A stretch of 35,803 nt of DNA from a virus (taxonomy: Duplodnaviria > Caudoviricetes): positions 1 through 35,803 of the IMG/VR virus record IMGVR_UViG_3300030376_003609. The stretch is one strand, 5' to 3'. The translations under genes were made by a program, and so were the position numbers. How positions within the stretch are numbered: the stretch's first letter is position 1; each line of letters begins with the position of its first letter. Shown here piece after piece: positions 9,064 through 16,022 of the stretch. Below the pieces are notes generated by a model, which ran no database searches, had not been told where the DNA came from, and worked only from the letters and a program-made list of their open reading frames with translations.

Positions 9064-9309
9064 TCAGGGGTGGTCTTTACCAGTATTTTTTTGTTCTAAT
9101 TTTTCTACTCTTGAAGCAAGTTCTAAGATTGATTGAGTCATCATCTTCATAGTTTCGTGAACTTCTTTTTGAAGTATTCCGTTTTTTACATGAGCTTCAT
9201 TTTCATGTAGGTGAAATTTCTTCCATTGGTCATGCCAGAAAGAAAGTTCTTTGTAACCTTTTTCAAGATCAGCAAGCCTTTGCTTTATGCGTGTCATTTC
9301 AAAAGTCAT
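9064..9309 (-). CDS. Hypothetical coiled-coil protein
   Basis: Heptad pattern; co-oriented within the early operon. Confidence 0.65.
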   Translation of the reverse strand: MTFEMTRIKQRLADLEKGYKELSFWHDQWKKFHLHENEAHVKNGILQKEVHETMKMMTQSILELASRVEKLEQKNTGKDHP

Positions 9310-9526
9310 TTAAATCCTCAAATTTATTTAAAACAGTTTGAAGCAAATCATATTTGTTTGCTTTCTTTTTGTAGTCAGCAATTTTTTCTATAGCTTCTTC
9401 ATAGCTGTAGCATTGTCTGTTCTTATCAGTGCCATAAAGACCATCAAAAACTTTTCTGATAAAATCTTGGAACTGTTCTTCAGTTCCATGGTAAGTTCTG
9501 CCTGTTACGCTTTTTGTTTTGTTCAT
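9299..9526 (-). CDS. Hypothetical early protein
   Basis: 75-aa ORF overlapping both neighbours in the operon. Confidence 0.65.
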   Translation of the reverse strand: MNKTKSVTGRTYHGTEEQFQDFIRKVFDGLYGTDKNRQCYSYEEAIEKIADYKKKANKYDLLQTVLNKFEDLNDF

Positions 9527-9654
9527 TGTTGTAGCTCCTTACAAGCGAGTTCAATACCAGCATTACAATCTGCAACTGTCATGTCGTATAAAGTTCCAGT
9601 AAGGGTTGTATAAAACAACCCCATGCCAGCGAGTAAAAGGAAAAAGTTTTGCAT
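9523..9654 (-). CDS. 43-aa membrane peptide with C-x6-C motif (not in ORF track)
   Basis: Manual translation MQNFFLLLAGMGLFYTTLTGTLYDMTVADCNAGIELACKELQQ; TAATG and ATGA coupling at its two ends. Confidence 0.7.
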   Translation of the reverse strand: MQNFFLLLAGMGLFYTTLTGTLYDMTVADCNAGIELACKELQQ

Positions 9655-9926
9655 TAGTCAAGCTCCGTTTGATCGAATTGAATTTTGATTAGTGGATAAG
9701 ATTCAACATCTGTGAATTTTTCTTTTGCTCCATCAAGCATTAGTTCATAAAGTCTGACTGCTTGTTTTGCTTCATCTTCTGTGAACTTGTAGTTGCTCTG
9801 GTTAGCAAGGTTTAAGAGTTGCTTGTGTCTCATAACTAAAGCTTTGACTCTTTGAGAAAAGAGAGCTTTGAATCTGGCTCTCTTGTGCTGATCCTTTTCA
9901 GCTTGTGTCTTAGGTGTAGAAGTCAT
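9654..9926 (-). CDS. Conserved-type helical hypothetical protein
   Basis: KRARFKALFSQRV...LLNLANQSNYKFTEDE; start moved to MTSTPK (9926) to avoid overlap with the upstream gene. Confidence 0.65.
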   Translation of the reverse strand: MTSTPKTQAEKDQHKRARFKALFSQRVKALVMRHKQLLNLANQSNYKFTEDEAKQAVRLYELMLDGAKEKFTDVESYPLIKIQFDQTELD

Positions 9927-9931
9927 AAGGC

Positions 9932-10168
9932 TTATTGATAAGTTCTGTAAACTAACCACTTAGTTCCTCTGACTTCCCATCTGCTGAAATGGTTGATGTC
10001 TGTGTTTGCTGCAATTAACGCATCTGCGTATCTTGTAGCTAACTCACCACTGTAACCACCATTGATAAATCTGAGTGTAATGTCCTGTTTTGTAAACCAC
10101 TTGCCGCAATCCATAGCAGTGAAAATGCCTTGAATTACTTTTTTTGCTCTTGGTCTTGTGAAGTTCAT
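9932..10168 (-). CDS. First gene of leftward early operon, hypothetical
   Basis: 78-aa ORF directly downstream of the leftward promoter. Confidence 0.65.
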   Translation of the reverse strand: MNFTRPRAKKVIQGIFTAMDCGKWFTKQDITLRFINGGYSGELATRYADALIAANTDINHFSRWEVRGTKWLVYRTYQ

Positions 10169-10211
10169 TTGAAATACCTTGCGAAAGAATGGCTATCTCA
10201 GCCATGACTTA

Positions 10212-10240
10212 ATATTATATTACCTTTGTTTACCTGTCAA
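10212..10240 (-). promoter_or_regulatory. Leftward early sigma70 promoter
   Basis: TTGACA (10240-10235), 17-nt spacer, TAATAT (10217-10212). Confidence 0.85.
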
Positions 10241-10292
10241 TACCTATGAGATATTGTTACAGATTCAAAACATATAGAGGTAATTAGAGGTA
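10221..10292. repeat. 10-bp-phased TACCT/AGGTA repeats (putative operators)
   Basis: TACCT at 10221, 10231 and 10241; AGGTA at 10278 and 10288. Confidence 0.65.
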
Positions 10293-10297
10293 AAAGC

Positions 10298-10326
10298 TTG
10301 ACATATATATTTAATACATATATATT
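10298..10326 (+). promoter_or_regulatory. Rightward early sigma70 promoter
   Basis: TTGACA (10298-10303), 17-nt spacer, TATATT (10321-10326). Confidence 0.85.
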
Positions 10327-10380
10327 AAGTACATGAGGTCGAGAGATCGGCTGATTATTCAAACTTCGCAAAGGATTCAA

Positions 10381-10770
10381 ATGACTCAAACAGCTTTCCA
10401 AAAAGAACTTTTCAACTATCATGGTGGTTACTTAACTTACACAGGCAAGCACAGCCTTTCAAAAAACTTCGAGGAAGTTTACAAGATTGAAAACTTACAC
10501 CCATCAAATGTTGGCAGACACGTTGATACATTTATTGCAAGATTCAAGTACAACCAAAGACCTTATAAAAAGTGGATTAACTTTATTTGTAAGAATTTCA
10601 CTTGTGAAGAGTGGGTATCATTAGCAGAAACAGGTATGTGTCCAACAGACATTATTGAGTCAAAAGGTTATTTTGATGAAGTGACTGTTAGATGCCTAAG
10701 AGGTAGCGTTAAGACACAAAAGAAAATTATCGCTGAACTACAAAGAAGATTAGACGAGGCAACAAAATAA
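10381..10770 (+). CDS. First gene of rightward early operon, hypothetical
   Basis: ORF 10333..10770; ATG 10333 coincides with the predicted TSS, so ATG 10381 (after TTCAA, as for the starts at 10168 and 10822) is preferred. Confidence 0.7.
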   Translation: MTQTAFQKELFNYHGGYLTYTGKHSLSKNFEEVYKIENLHPSNVGRHVDTFIARFKYNQRPYKKWINFICKNFTCEEWVSLAETGMCPTDIIESKGYFDEVTVRCLRGSVKTQKKIIAELQRRLDEATK

Positions 10771-10799
10771 GGGGAGAACATTCCCCTTTTCTTTTTTTT
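10771..10799 (+). terminator. Rho-independent terminator
   Basis: GGGGAG-AACA-TTCCCC followed by TTTTCTTTTTTTT. Confidence 0.8.
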
Positions 10800-10821
10800 A
10801 TTTACTTACCAAATTATTCAA

Positions 10822-11181
10822 ATGACAAACGAAAACGTAACTTTAGGATTAGATCCTCAAATCGGTGACAAAGCTCATGTCCTTTATTACTCAGACATTC
10901 ACCCTTGTACTGTTATCAAAAGAACCAAAAAATTTGTTTGGGTTCAAAACGATAGCTACAAACTAAATAAAGAAGTAAAACCTAATATTATCGCTGGAGG
11001 TTTTGCTGGTCATTGTACAAATCAAAGATCATTAAAGTATGACATCACCAGAAACACAGAAGGTGGAATCATGAAATTTGGCTTGAGAGAAGATGGCAGA
11101 TGGTGTCAATGTGGAGATCATTGTTCTAATCCAACAACACTAGGCAGAGGCTGGAGAGCATTTTACGACTACAACTTTTAA
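10822..11181 (+). CDS. Hypothetical early phage protein
   Basis: PQIGDKAHVLYYSDIHPCTVI...GGFAGHC...YYD-like end (FYDYNF). Confidence 0.75.
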   Translation: MTNENVTLGLDPQIGDKAHVLYYSDIHPCTVIKRTKKFVWVQNDSYKLNKEVKPNIIAGGFAGHCTNQRSLKYDITRNTEGGIMKFGLREDGRWCQCGDHCSNPTTLGRGWRAFYDYNF

Positions 11182-11190
11182 AACCTATCA

Positions 11191-11219
11191 GCCCCACCTT
11201 AAGTGGTGGGGTCTTTATT
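11191..11219 (+). terminator. GC-rich hairpin, probable terminator
   Basis: GCCCCACC-TTAAGT-GGTGGGGT followed by CTTTATT. Confidence 0.6.
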
Positions 11220-11239
11220 CACCTATCACCCCAAAAACA

Positions 11240-11485
11240 ATGGATTTATCAAAAGAAAACTGGTACAACGGAGCGATTTGTGCAGCAGTATTAGCTTCAA
11301 CTGCTCCATCAGATGAAAAAGCAAAAGAATGTATTCAAGATGCAGAGGAAGCTTTAGATAACTTATTTAAAGTAGTAAAAGCACAAGTAATAAAAGAAGC
11401 TAAATTTTTTCTTGAATCAGATCCTAAAGTATTTAATTCTTGGTACAGAAAAAACATAAACTCTAAAATGAAGAAAATAGATTAG
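11240..11485 (+). CDS. Hypothetical protein
   Basis: 81-aa ORF in the rightward operon. Confidence 0.65.
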   Translation: MDLSKENWYNGAICAAVLASTAPSDEKAKECIQDAEEALDNLFKVVKAQVIKEAKFFLESDPKVFNSWYRKNINSKMKKID

Positions 11486-11487
11486 TT

Positions 11488-11688
11488 ATGACTCTTCAGT
11501 ATCAATTCAAAAAGGCATTTCTGGAGCAAGAGGCAGAAAGGTATATTGATTATCTTTGTGAGCCTAGAACAAAGCCAGAGGTTTATGCAGCAGTAGAAAA
11601 AATTGCTTTGCTACATCTTGAGATCAAAAATTGTGATGATATTATTTATACCGCAAATATTCCAGAATGTGATGATCCATTGTTTTAG
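11488..11688 (+). CDS. Hypothetical protein
   Basis: 66-aa ORF starting 2 nt after the upstream stop; acidic DDPLF tip. Confidence 0.65.
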   Translation: MTLQYQFKKAFLEQEAERYIDYLCEPRTKPEVYAAVEKIALLHLEIKNCDDIIYTANIPECDDPLF

Positions 11689-11742
11689 GAGTTAATATCT
11701 AAATGTAAGAGATTGCCCATGCTTCGCTACCTAAAACGATAC

Positions 11743-11907
11743 ATGAACATCTTTCTCAACATAAAAGCTGAAGATGCCCATAGGCTCAGACAGTTTTTGA
11801 AAAAGAACCCATCAACAAAAGGATCTGGAGTTGCAAGAGAGCATTTAGATGCTGGTATTATTTCCAGAGTTGTTTATTCCCTCGAACACGCATTGAATGA
11901 ACTATGA
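11743..11907 (+). CDS. Hypothetical protein
   Basis: ORF 11713..11907; ATG 11743 preferred because a -10 box (11693-11698) and a leader hairpin lie upstream. Confidence 0.6.
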   Translation: MNIFLNIKAEDAHRLRQFLKKNPSTKGSGVAREHLDAGIISRVVYSLEHALNEL

Positions 11908-11908
11908 A

Positions 11909-12019
11909 AGTCGGGTAGCCTGATGACTTAGCCAAGTAAGTCTGAAAGCCATACAATACCTATTTGCAAAGCATAGGGAAGGCAGGGGAGCAAGCGAAGT
12001 GCTTATCCATCACCCGACT
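11909..12019 (+). ncRNA. Candidate multibranch structured RNA
   Basis: Closing stem AGTCGGGT/ACCCGACT; inner stems GACTTA/TAAGTC, GCC/GGC, CCTAT/ATAGG, AGCA/TGCT; GC-rich island filling the gap between convergent genes. Confidence 0.65.
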
Positions 12020-12215
12020 ACTCACACAATGTATATTTTGCTTTTATATCTTCAACAGTTATTTCTGGTTGTTGGATTGTATGCCAGATATGACCACACT
12101 CATAACATTCTCTACGTCTTACAATAACGTGTTTCGAGTTGCGGTCTGATCTTCTTACTTTTTGGTCTGTATAATCCTTACATTTAGGACAAGCTACCCA
12201 TGAAATTCTTTTCAT
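12018..12215 (-). CDS. Stand-alone NrdR-like zinc-ribbon protein
   Basis: CPKC...V..SD.....IVRRRECYECGHIWHT; no ATP-cone. Confidence 0.8.
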   Translation of the reverse strand: MKRISWVACPKCKDYTDQKVRRSDRNSKHVIVRRRECYECGHIWHTIQQPEITVEDIKAKYTLCE

Positions 12216-12636
12216 TGATTGTTCTTATTTTTATGGTCGCACCAGTTTCAGATTCTGTTTCACAGTACTTTTTGACAGCGTGTAAAGATACAACTTGTGA
12301 ATCATCAGCAAATGCAGACTTGGTTAGACTATCCAGTAATGCTCTGCAATGTTTGTCCAGATCACCTTTGTTTTTGTTAGTGATATACACAGGAGCCTGT
12401 TGACGTACCATGCCATTTGGGAGATAGTGCTTAAGCGGCCTTTTGAACCAGAACACCACCTCTATCTCAACTGGTTCTTGTATTATATCGGTCACAATCA
12501 ACTTAGCCCTCAAATTCACCTGTTTACGCCATGACTTCAGACGCTTACTTGTCTCAATCATTATTCCATTTCCAACGTGTTTTTTGCTTCCCTGTGGAGC
12601 AGATTCCATGCCTTTCACAGAAATAATATATTCCAT
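12184..12636 (-). CDS. rusA: RusA-family Holliday junction resolvase
   Basis: PQGSKK, WR, FWFKRP, GDLDKHCRALLDSL, DDSQV. Confidence 0.9.
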   Translation of the reverse strand: MEYIISVKGMESAPQGSKKHVGNGIMIETSKRLKSWRKQVNLRAKLIVTDIIQEPVEIEVVFWFKRPLKHYLPNGMVRQQAPVYITNKNKGDLDKHCRALLDSLTKSAFADDSQVVSLHAVKKYCETESETGATIKIRTINEKNFMGSLS

Positions 12637-12641
12637 AGAAA

Positions 12642-13415
12642 ATGAGCTTTATCCCAGAGAATACCCCATTTATAGCTTTGCCAACAGCATTAAAAGGCAA
12701 AGTAACACCATATCAGCTTTCTGTTTTATGGGTTTTGCAAAGTTATTATCCAAACATTTGGCCCAGTTATCCAAAAATCGCTAAAGACGCAAAAATGTGC
12801 AGAGATAAAGTAATCAAGACTGTTGCTGAACTTGAGGAGCTTGGATTGCTACAAAAGCAGTATAGAGTTGATGAGTATGGCCAAAAGACAAACTGCTACA
12901 GAGTGAATATCTGGAGTCAATGCAAAGCCCTCCCTGTACCAGATACCAGTATTCATGCGGGGTCGTTAATACATACTACCCCAGTCGTTGAGAACTACCC
13001 CCCCAGTATGTCTCAGCTACCCCCCCAGTCGTTGTCAGCGACCCTAACTAAAACAAAGTTAACTAAAACAAATAACTATAAAACTTTAAGTCAGAAAAAA
13101 CCTGTAGATAAATTTTTTGAACCATTCTGGGAAGCTTACAGAAAGATACCTACTTCAATGCGTGTTGTATCGCAATCCAAGAAGCTTGCAAAAGCCGAAT
13201 TTGCCAAGTTAAGTAAAAAGACAAAGGAAAAGATACTTGACTGCTTACAGGCCGATATAAGGGCAAGAACAAAACAATTAAACAATGACAACTTCACACC
13301 ATTATTTCCTGATTGTTTCCGTTATCTCAAAAATGGTCAATTTGAACAATATCTATTGACAGTATCTAAAAAACCCACTACATTGAGAAAACCCAAACTA
13401 AATACACCCTTTTAA
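12642..13415 (+). CDS. Replication initiator with N-terminal winged HTH (lambda O-like organisation)
   Basis: WPSYPKIAKDAKMCRDKVIKTVAELEELGLL...TNCY; C-terminal FEPFWEAY...K.AKAEF; internal iterons. Confidence 0.85.
   Translation: MSFIPENTPFIALPTALKGKVTPYQLSVLWVLQSYYPNIWPSYPKIAKDAKMCRDKVIKTVAELEELGLLQKQYRVDEYGQKTNCYRVNIWSQCKALPVPDTSIHAGSLIHTTPVVENYPPSMSQLPPQSLSATLTKTKLTKTNNYKTLSQKKPVDKFFEPFWEAYRKIPTSMRVVSQSKKLAKAEFAKLSKKTKEKILDCLQADIRARTKQLNNDNFTPLFPDCFRYLKNGQFEQYLLTVSKKPTTLRKPKLNTPF
12961..13085 (+). repeat. Iterons plus AT-rich repeats: probable replication origin
   Basis: CTACC(C)nAGT units at 12976, 12995 and 13017, CGACCC at 13039; GTCGTT three times; then AACTAAAACAAA twice. Confidence 0.75.
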
Positions 13416-13421
13416 CACCCC

Positions 13422-13898
13422 ATGAAAAACTATAAAAGGCGACCTATCGACAGGGAGGTCACATTCAAAGCTCCACATTACGAATGTTTTGCTTGTAACG
13501 ATTCTGGAATAATCCACAATTCTGATGGACTAATAAACCAACATTTGCCCGACTACGACATGGACGATTCAGGAAAGCGTTTCTCTGGTCAGGATTTAGC
13601 TTTGATATGTTACTGCTCTGCTGCTAACGGCAAATACGATATTGATGGTCAACTTATCTGCAAAGGTTACAGAACTGATGAAGGAGTAATCAGGAACTTT
13701 GTTGGTGTAGACATTGATATTGATGTTGTAAGAGAGATTCACAACATGAGAAAAGAAGGCTGGGCAAAAACTACAAAGCTTATGAATAAAGTTATTCAAC
13801 AAAACAACAAAAACAATAATACAAAACTAATCAACTGCACTCCAGAAATACAAAAAGTAAAAGATCAACTAGCAAACTTTCAAATGAAATCACTATGA
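13422..13898 (+). CDS. Zn-finger replication accessory protein
   Basis: CFACNDSG...CYC resembles the Zn-binding N-terminus of DnaC/DnaI-type loaders; no P-loop. Confidence 0.6.
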   Translation: MKNYKRRPIDREVTFKAPHYECFACNDSGIIHNSDGLINQHLPDYDMDDSGKRFSGQDLALICYCSAANGKYDIDGQLICKGYRTDEGVIRNFVGVDIDIDVVREIHNMRKEGWAKTTKLMNKVIQQNNKNNNTKLINCTPEIQKVKDQLANFQMKSL

Positions 13899-14788
13899 AA
13901 AACTACAAGTATCGTCCACACCTTTCCTCTGAGTATAAACAAACAAGAAATGAACTTATTTTGCGTATGAGAAACGAAGGCTACTCTTTACAAAAAATTG
14001 GTGATAGGTTCAACGTGTCCAGAGAATACATAAGGCAAATCTTACAAAATGAATTTGATATTACAGGCTGCATCAAATTTGTTGCTGGGCAAGAGGCTTT
14101 GAATGATGAATATACTGCTCTTGATATTGCAAAAATGTTTGATACACCAACAAGCACTATCAACTTTTGGCTTATGAACAACTGGATTCCAAAACCTACA
14201 AGATTACTTGATAAGTCAAAAAACAGAGGACTTGATAAAAAGTTTTGGAAAAAAACAGATATTGATAAATGGATACAAATAAGATTGAAATATTTAAAAA
14301 TTCAACTTGAAAAATCTATTAAAAACAGAATGGGTCCTCCAGCCCCATATAGATTTAATCACCATAGAGTACAGGAGTTTTATAACATTTTACAGATGGC
14401 AAAAGCTGGTGATATAAAAAGTCTTACTCTTTACAAAAATGGTATCCCTGATGAAGTGATGCAGGAGTTTGACAATATTATTAAACCTATACAATATAAA
14501 CCAACAGACTATTCAAAATATATCAACATGAAAACTACTGAAGATTACAAGAAAATGGGGTTGTTTGATGCTTGTAAAACCGAAAGAATTATAAATATTA
14601 CAAATACAACCTTGAAAAGATATAGAAAAATTGGTGTTTTAAAAGAAAATGAACATTACATTGTAGGAGAGCATTACCATCATAGAACTATGTACTATCC
14701 AGAAAAAACTAAACAAGCAATTATTGATGCTGGTTATGATCAAAAGCTAGCTGCGTCACAAAGAGAAAGGTGGGCTAAAACAAAATGA
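13895..14788 (+). CDS. Multi-HTH regulator (sigma70 region 4-like + MerR/AlpA-like HTHs)
   Basis: EGYSLQKIGDRFNVSREYIRQIL; YTALDIAKMFDTPTSTINFW...IPKP; ITNTTLKRYRKIG. Confidence 0.7.
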   Translation: MKNYKYRPHLSSEYKQTRNELILRMRNEGYSLQKIGDRFNVSREYIRQILQNEFDITGCIKFVAGQEALNDEYTALDIAKMFDTPTSTINFWLMNNWIPKPTRLLDKSKNRGLDKKFWKKTDIDKWIQIRLKYLKIQLEKSIKNRMGPPAPYRFNHHRVQEFYNILQMAKAGDIKSLTLYKNGIPDEVMQEFDNIIKPIQYKPTDYSKYINMKTTEDYKKMGLFDACKTERIINITNTTLKRYRKIGVLKENEHYIVGEHYHHRTMYYPEKTKQAIIDAGYDQKLAASQRERWAKTK

Positions 14789-15537
14789 CTTCCTCCAATG
14801 AAGCTCTTTATGTTATTCAGCATAAAAAAAGTCAAGCAATAAAAATTGGTATTACCCAAGACTGGCCTTCAAGAGCAAATCAACTAAAAGTAGGTGAATA
14901 TTGCATTTCTTTAAAAGTTGTTCATTGTGAAAATTCTCTTGAAAAAGAAAAACAATTACATCAAAAATACAAAAAATGGAGATTACCTTCTTCTGAGTGG
15001 TTTTTTCTTACCAAATTTCAAATAAAAAATTTAATAAAAAAAATTAGATCATTTGGAAAAGATTTGATCTGGAAACCTAATAAAAGAGGCAGACCAATAA
15101 TTAGTAAAAAACCCAAAAAATTGCCTATTTATGTTTTTAGTCAAAAAGAAATTGATAAATATACAAAAAAAATTAAACTTATACCTAATCTTGTTAAAGA
15201 TGAAAATCTTCCAGATATATTTTTATGTAAAAGTGGTAATCCAAGACACCCAAAACACATACAAGGTAGGTGTACAGGGTTGATCTTTAAGGTTCAATAT
15301 TTTTGTGATATTACTAATGAATTTGAAACTATACATTGTTATATAAGAGGCAAGTATTATAAAGATAATTATAAAAATTTAATAACTTATACAATTTCTG
15401 GCTCTATCATTCACCCAAGTTTTGATATTGATAGAGATATAGATGTATTTCATGAACTTAGATATGAAAAAACCTTTTTTGATGCAATATATAAAGTTTT
15501 AGAAGCCAAAAATTTACAACCTTTAATTAATCCATGA
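14785..15537 (+). CDS. GIY-YIG (T5orf172/MUG113-like) domain protein
   Basis: LYVI...IKIGIT..W..R..QL...EKQLH..Y...R..SEWF; very AT-rich. Confidence 0.8.
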   Translation: MTSSNEALYVIQHKKSQAIKIGITQDWPSRANQLKVGEYCISLKVVHCENSLEKEKQLHQKYKKWRLPSSEWFFLTKFQIKNLIKKIRSFGKDLIWKPNKRGRPIISKKPKKLPIYVFSQKEIDKYTKKIKLIPNLVKDENLPDIFLCKSGNPRHPKHIQGRCTGLIFKVQYFCDITNEFETIHCYIRGKYYKDNYKNLITYTISGSIIHPSFDIDRDIDVFHELRYEKTFFDAIYKVLEAKNLQPLINP

Positions 15538-15662
15538 AAAACAAAAACTTTGACAGCTTCAATAATGACCGCATCACAGCGTTAAAAAAACGTATTGATG
15601 AACTTATATTCCTCAAAACAAGCTGGGAAAAACAAAGTAAATCGACAAAATCCAGCGATTGA
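15534..15662 (+). CDS. 42-aa hypothetical protein (not in ORF track)
   Basis: Manual translation MKNKNFDSFNNDRITALKKRIDELIFLKTSWEKQSKSTKSSD; ATGA overlap. Confidence 0.55.
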   Translation: MKNKNFDSFNNDRITALKKRIDELIFLKTSWEKQSKSTKSSD

Positions 15663-15698
15663 CGCTACATTTAGAATATTAAAAACCATAAATCCATA

Positions 15699-16022
15699 GT
15701 GGCTAACGGCAGAACTAGCAAGAATGAGCATGAGTTCAGAGTGAACAAAGTTGCAAAGCTTTTGTCTGTTGGCAGCGTTAGATCAGATATACACCAATTT
15801 GCAGCAAAGGAGTGGGGGGTTCATTCAAGAACTATAGATAGATATATCCAAGATGCCAGAGAGATTGTAAAGCAAGATTTTGACATTGATCGCAGACAAT
15901 TTACAGCAGATATTCTTTCTCAATATGCATCACTGGCAAAAGAGGCTAGAAAATCAGGGCAGTTGCACGTTGCATTAGGCTGTATAAACTCAATGGCTAA
16001 AGTAGGACAGGTAAGCACTTGA
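15699..16022 (+). CDS. terS: Probable terminase small subunit
   Basis: HTH-like WGVHSRTIDRYI; overlaps the start of terL. Confidence 0.7.
   Translation: MANGRTSKNEHEFRVNKVAKLLSVGSVRSDIHQFAAKEWGVHSRTIDRYIQDAREIVKQDFDIDRRQFTADILSQYASLAKEARKSGQLHVALGCINSMAKVGQVST

Noticed and set aside
10255-10272. NtcA or RpaB site (TGTTACAGATTCAAAACA)
   Set aside because: Does not match GTA-N8-TAC or a paired HLR1 repeat well enough
10237-10422. 61-aa - strand ORF
   Set aside because: Runs across both promoters; most likely a chance ORF
11920-11986. Canonical hammerhead ribozyme
   Set aside because: Three extra nucleotides (TCT) precede GAAA if CUGAUGA is kept single-stranded, and no UH cleavage site follows stem III; kept only as an unassigned structured RNA
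11964-12149. 61-aa + strand ORF
   Set aside because: Overlaps the structured RNA and is antisense to the NrdR-like gene; no protein-like features
12961-13085. CRISPR-like or DGR repeat
   Set aside because: Short degenerate in-frame repeats without spacers; no cas or reverse transcriptase gene; they fit origin iterons
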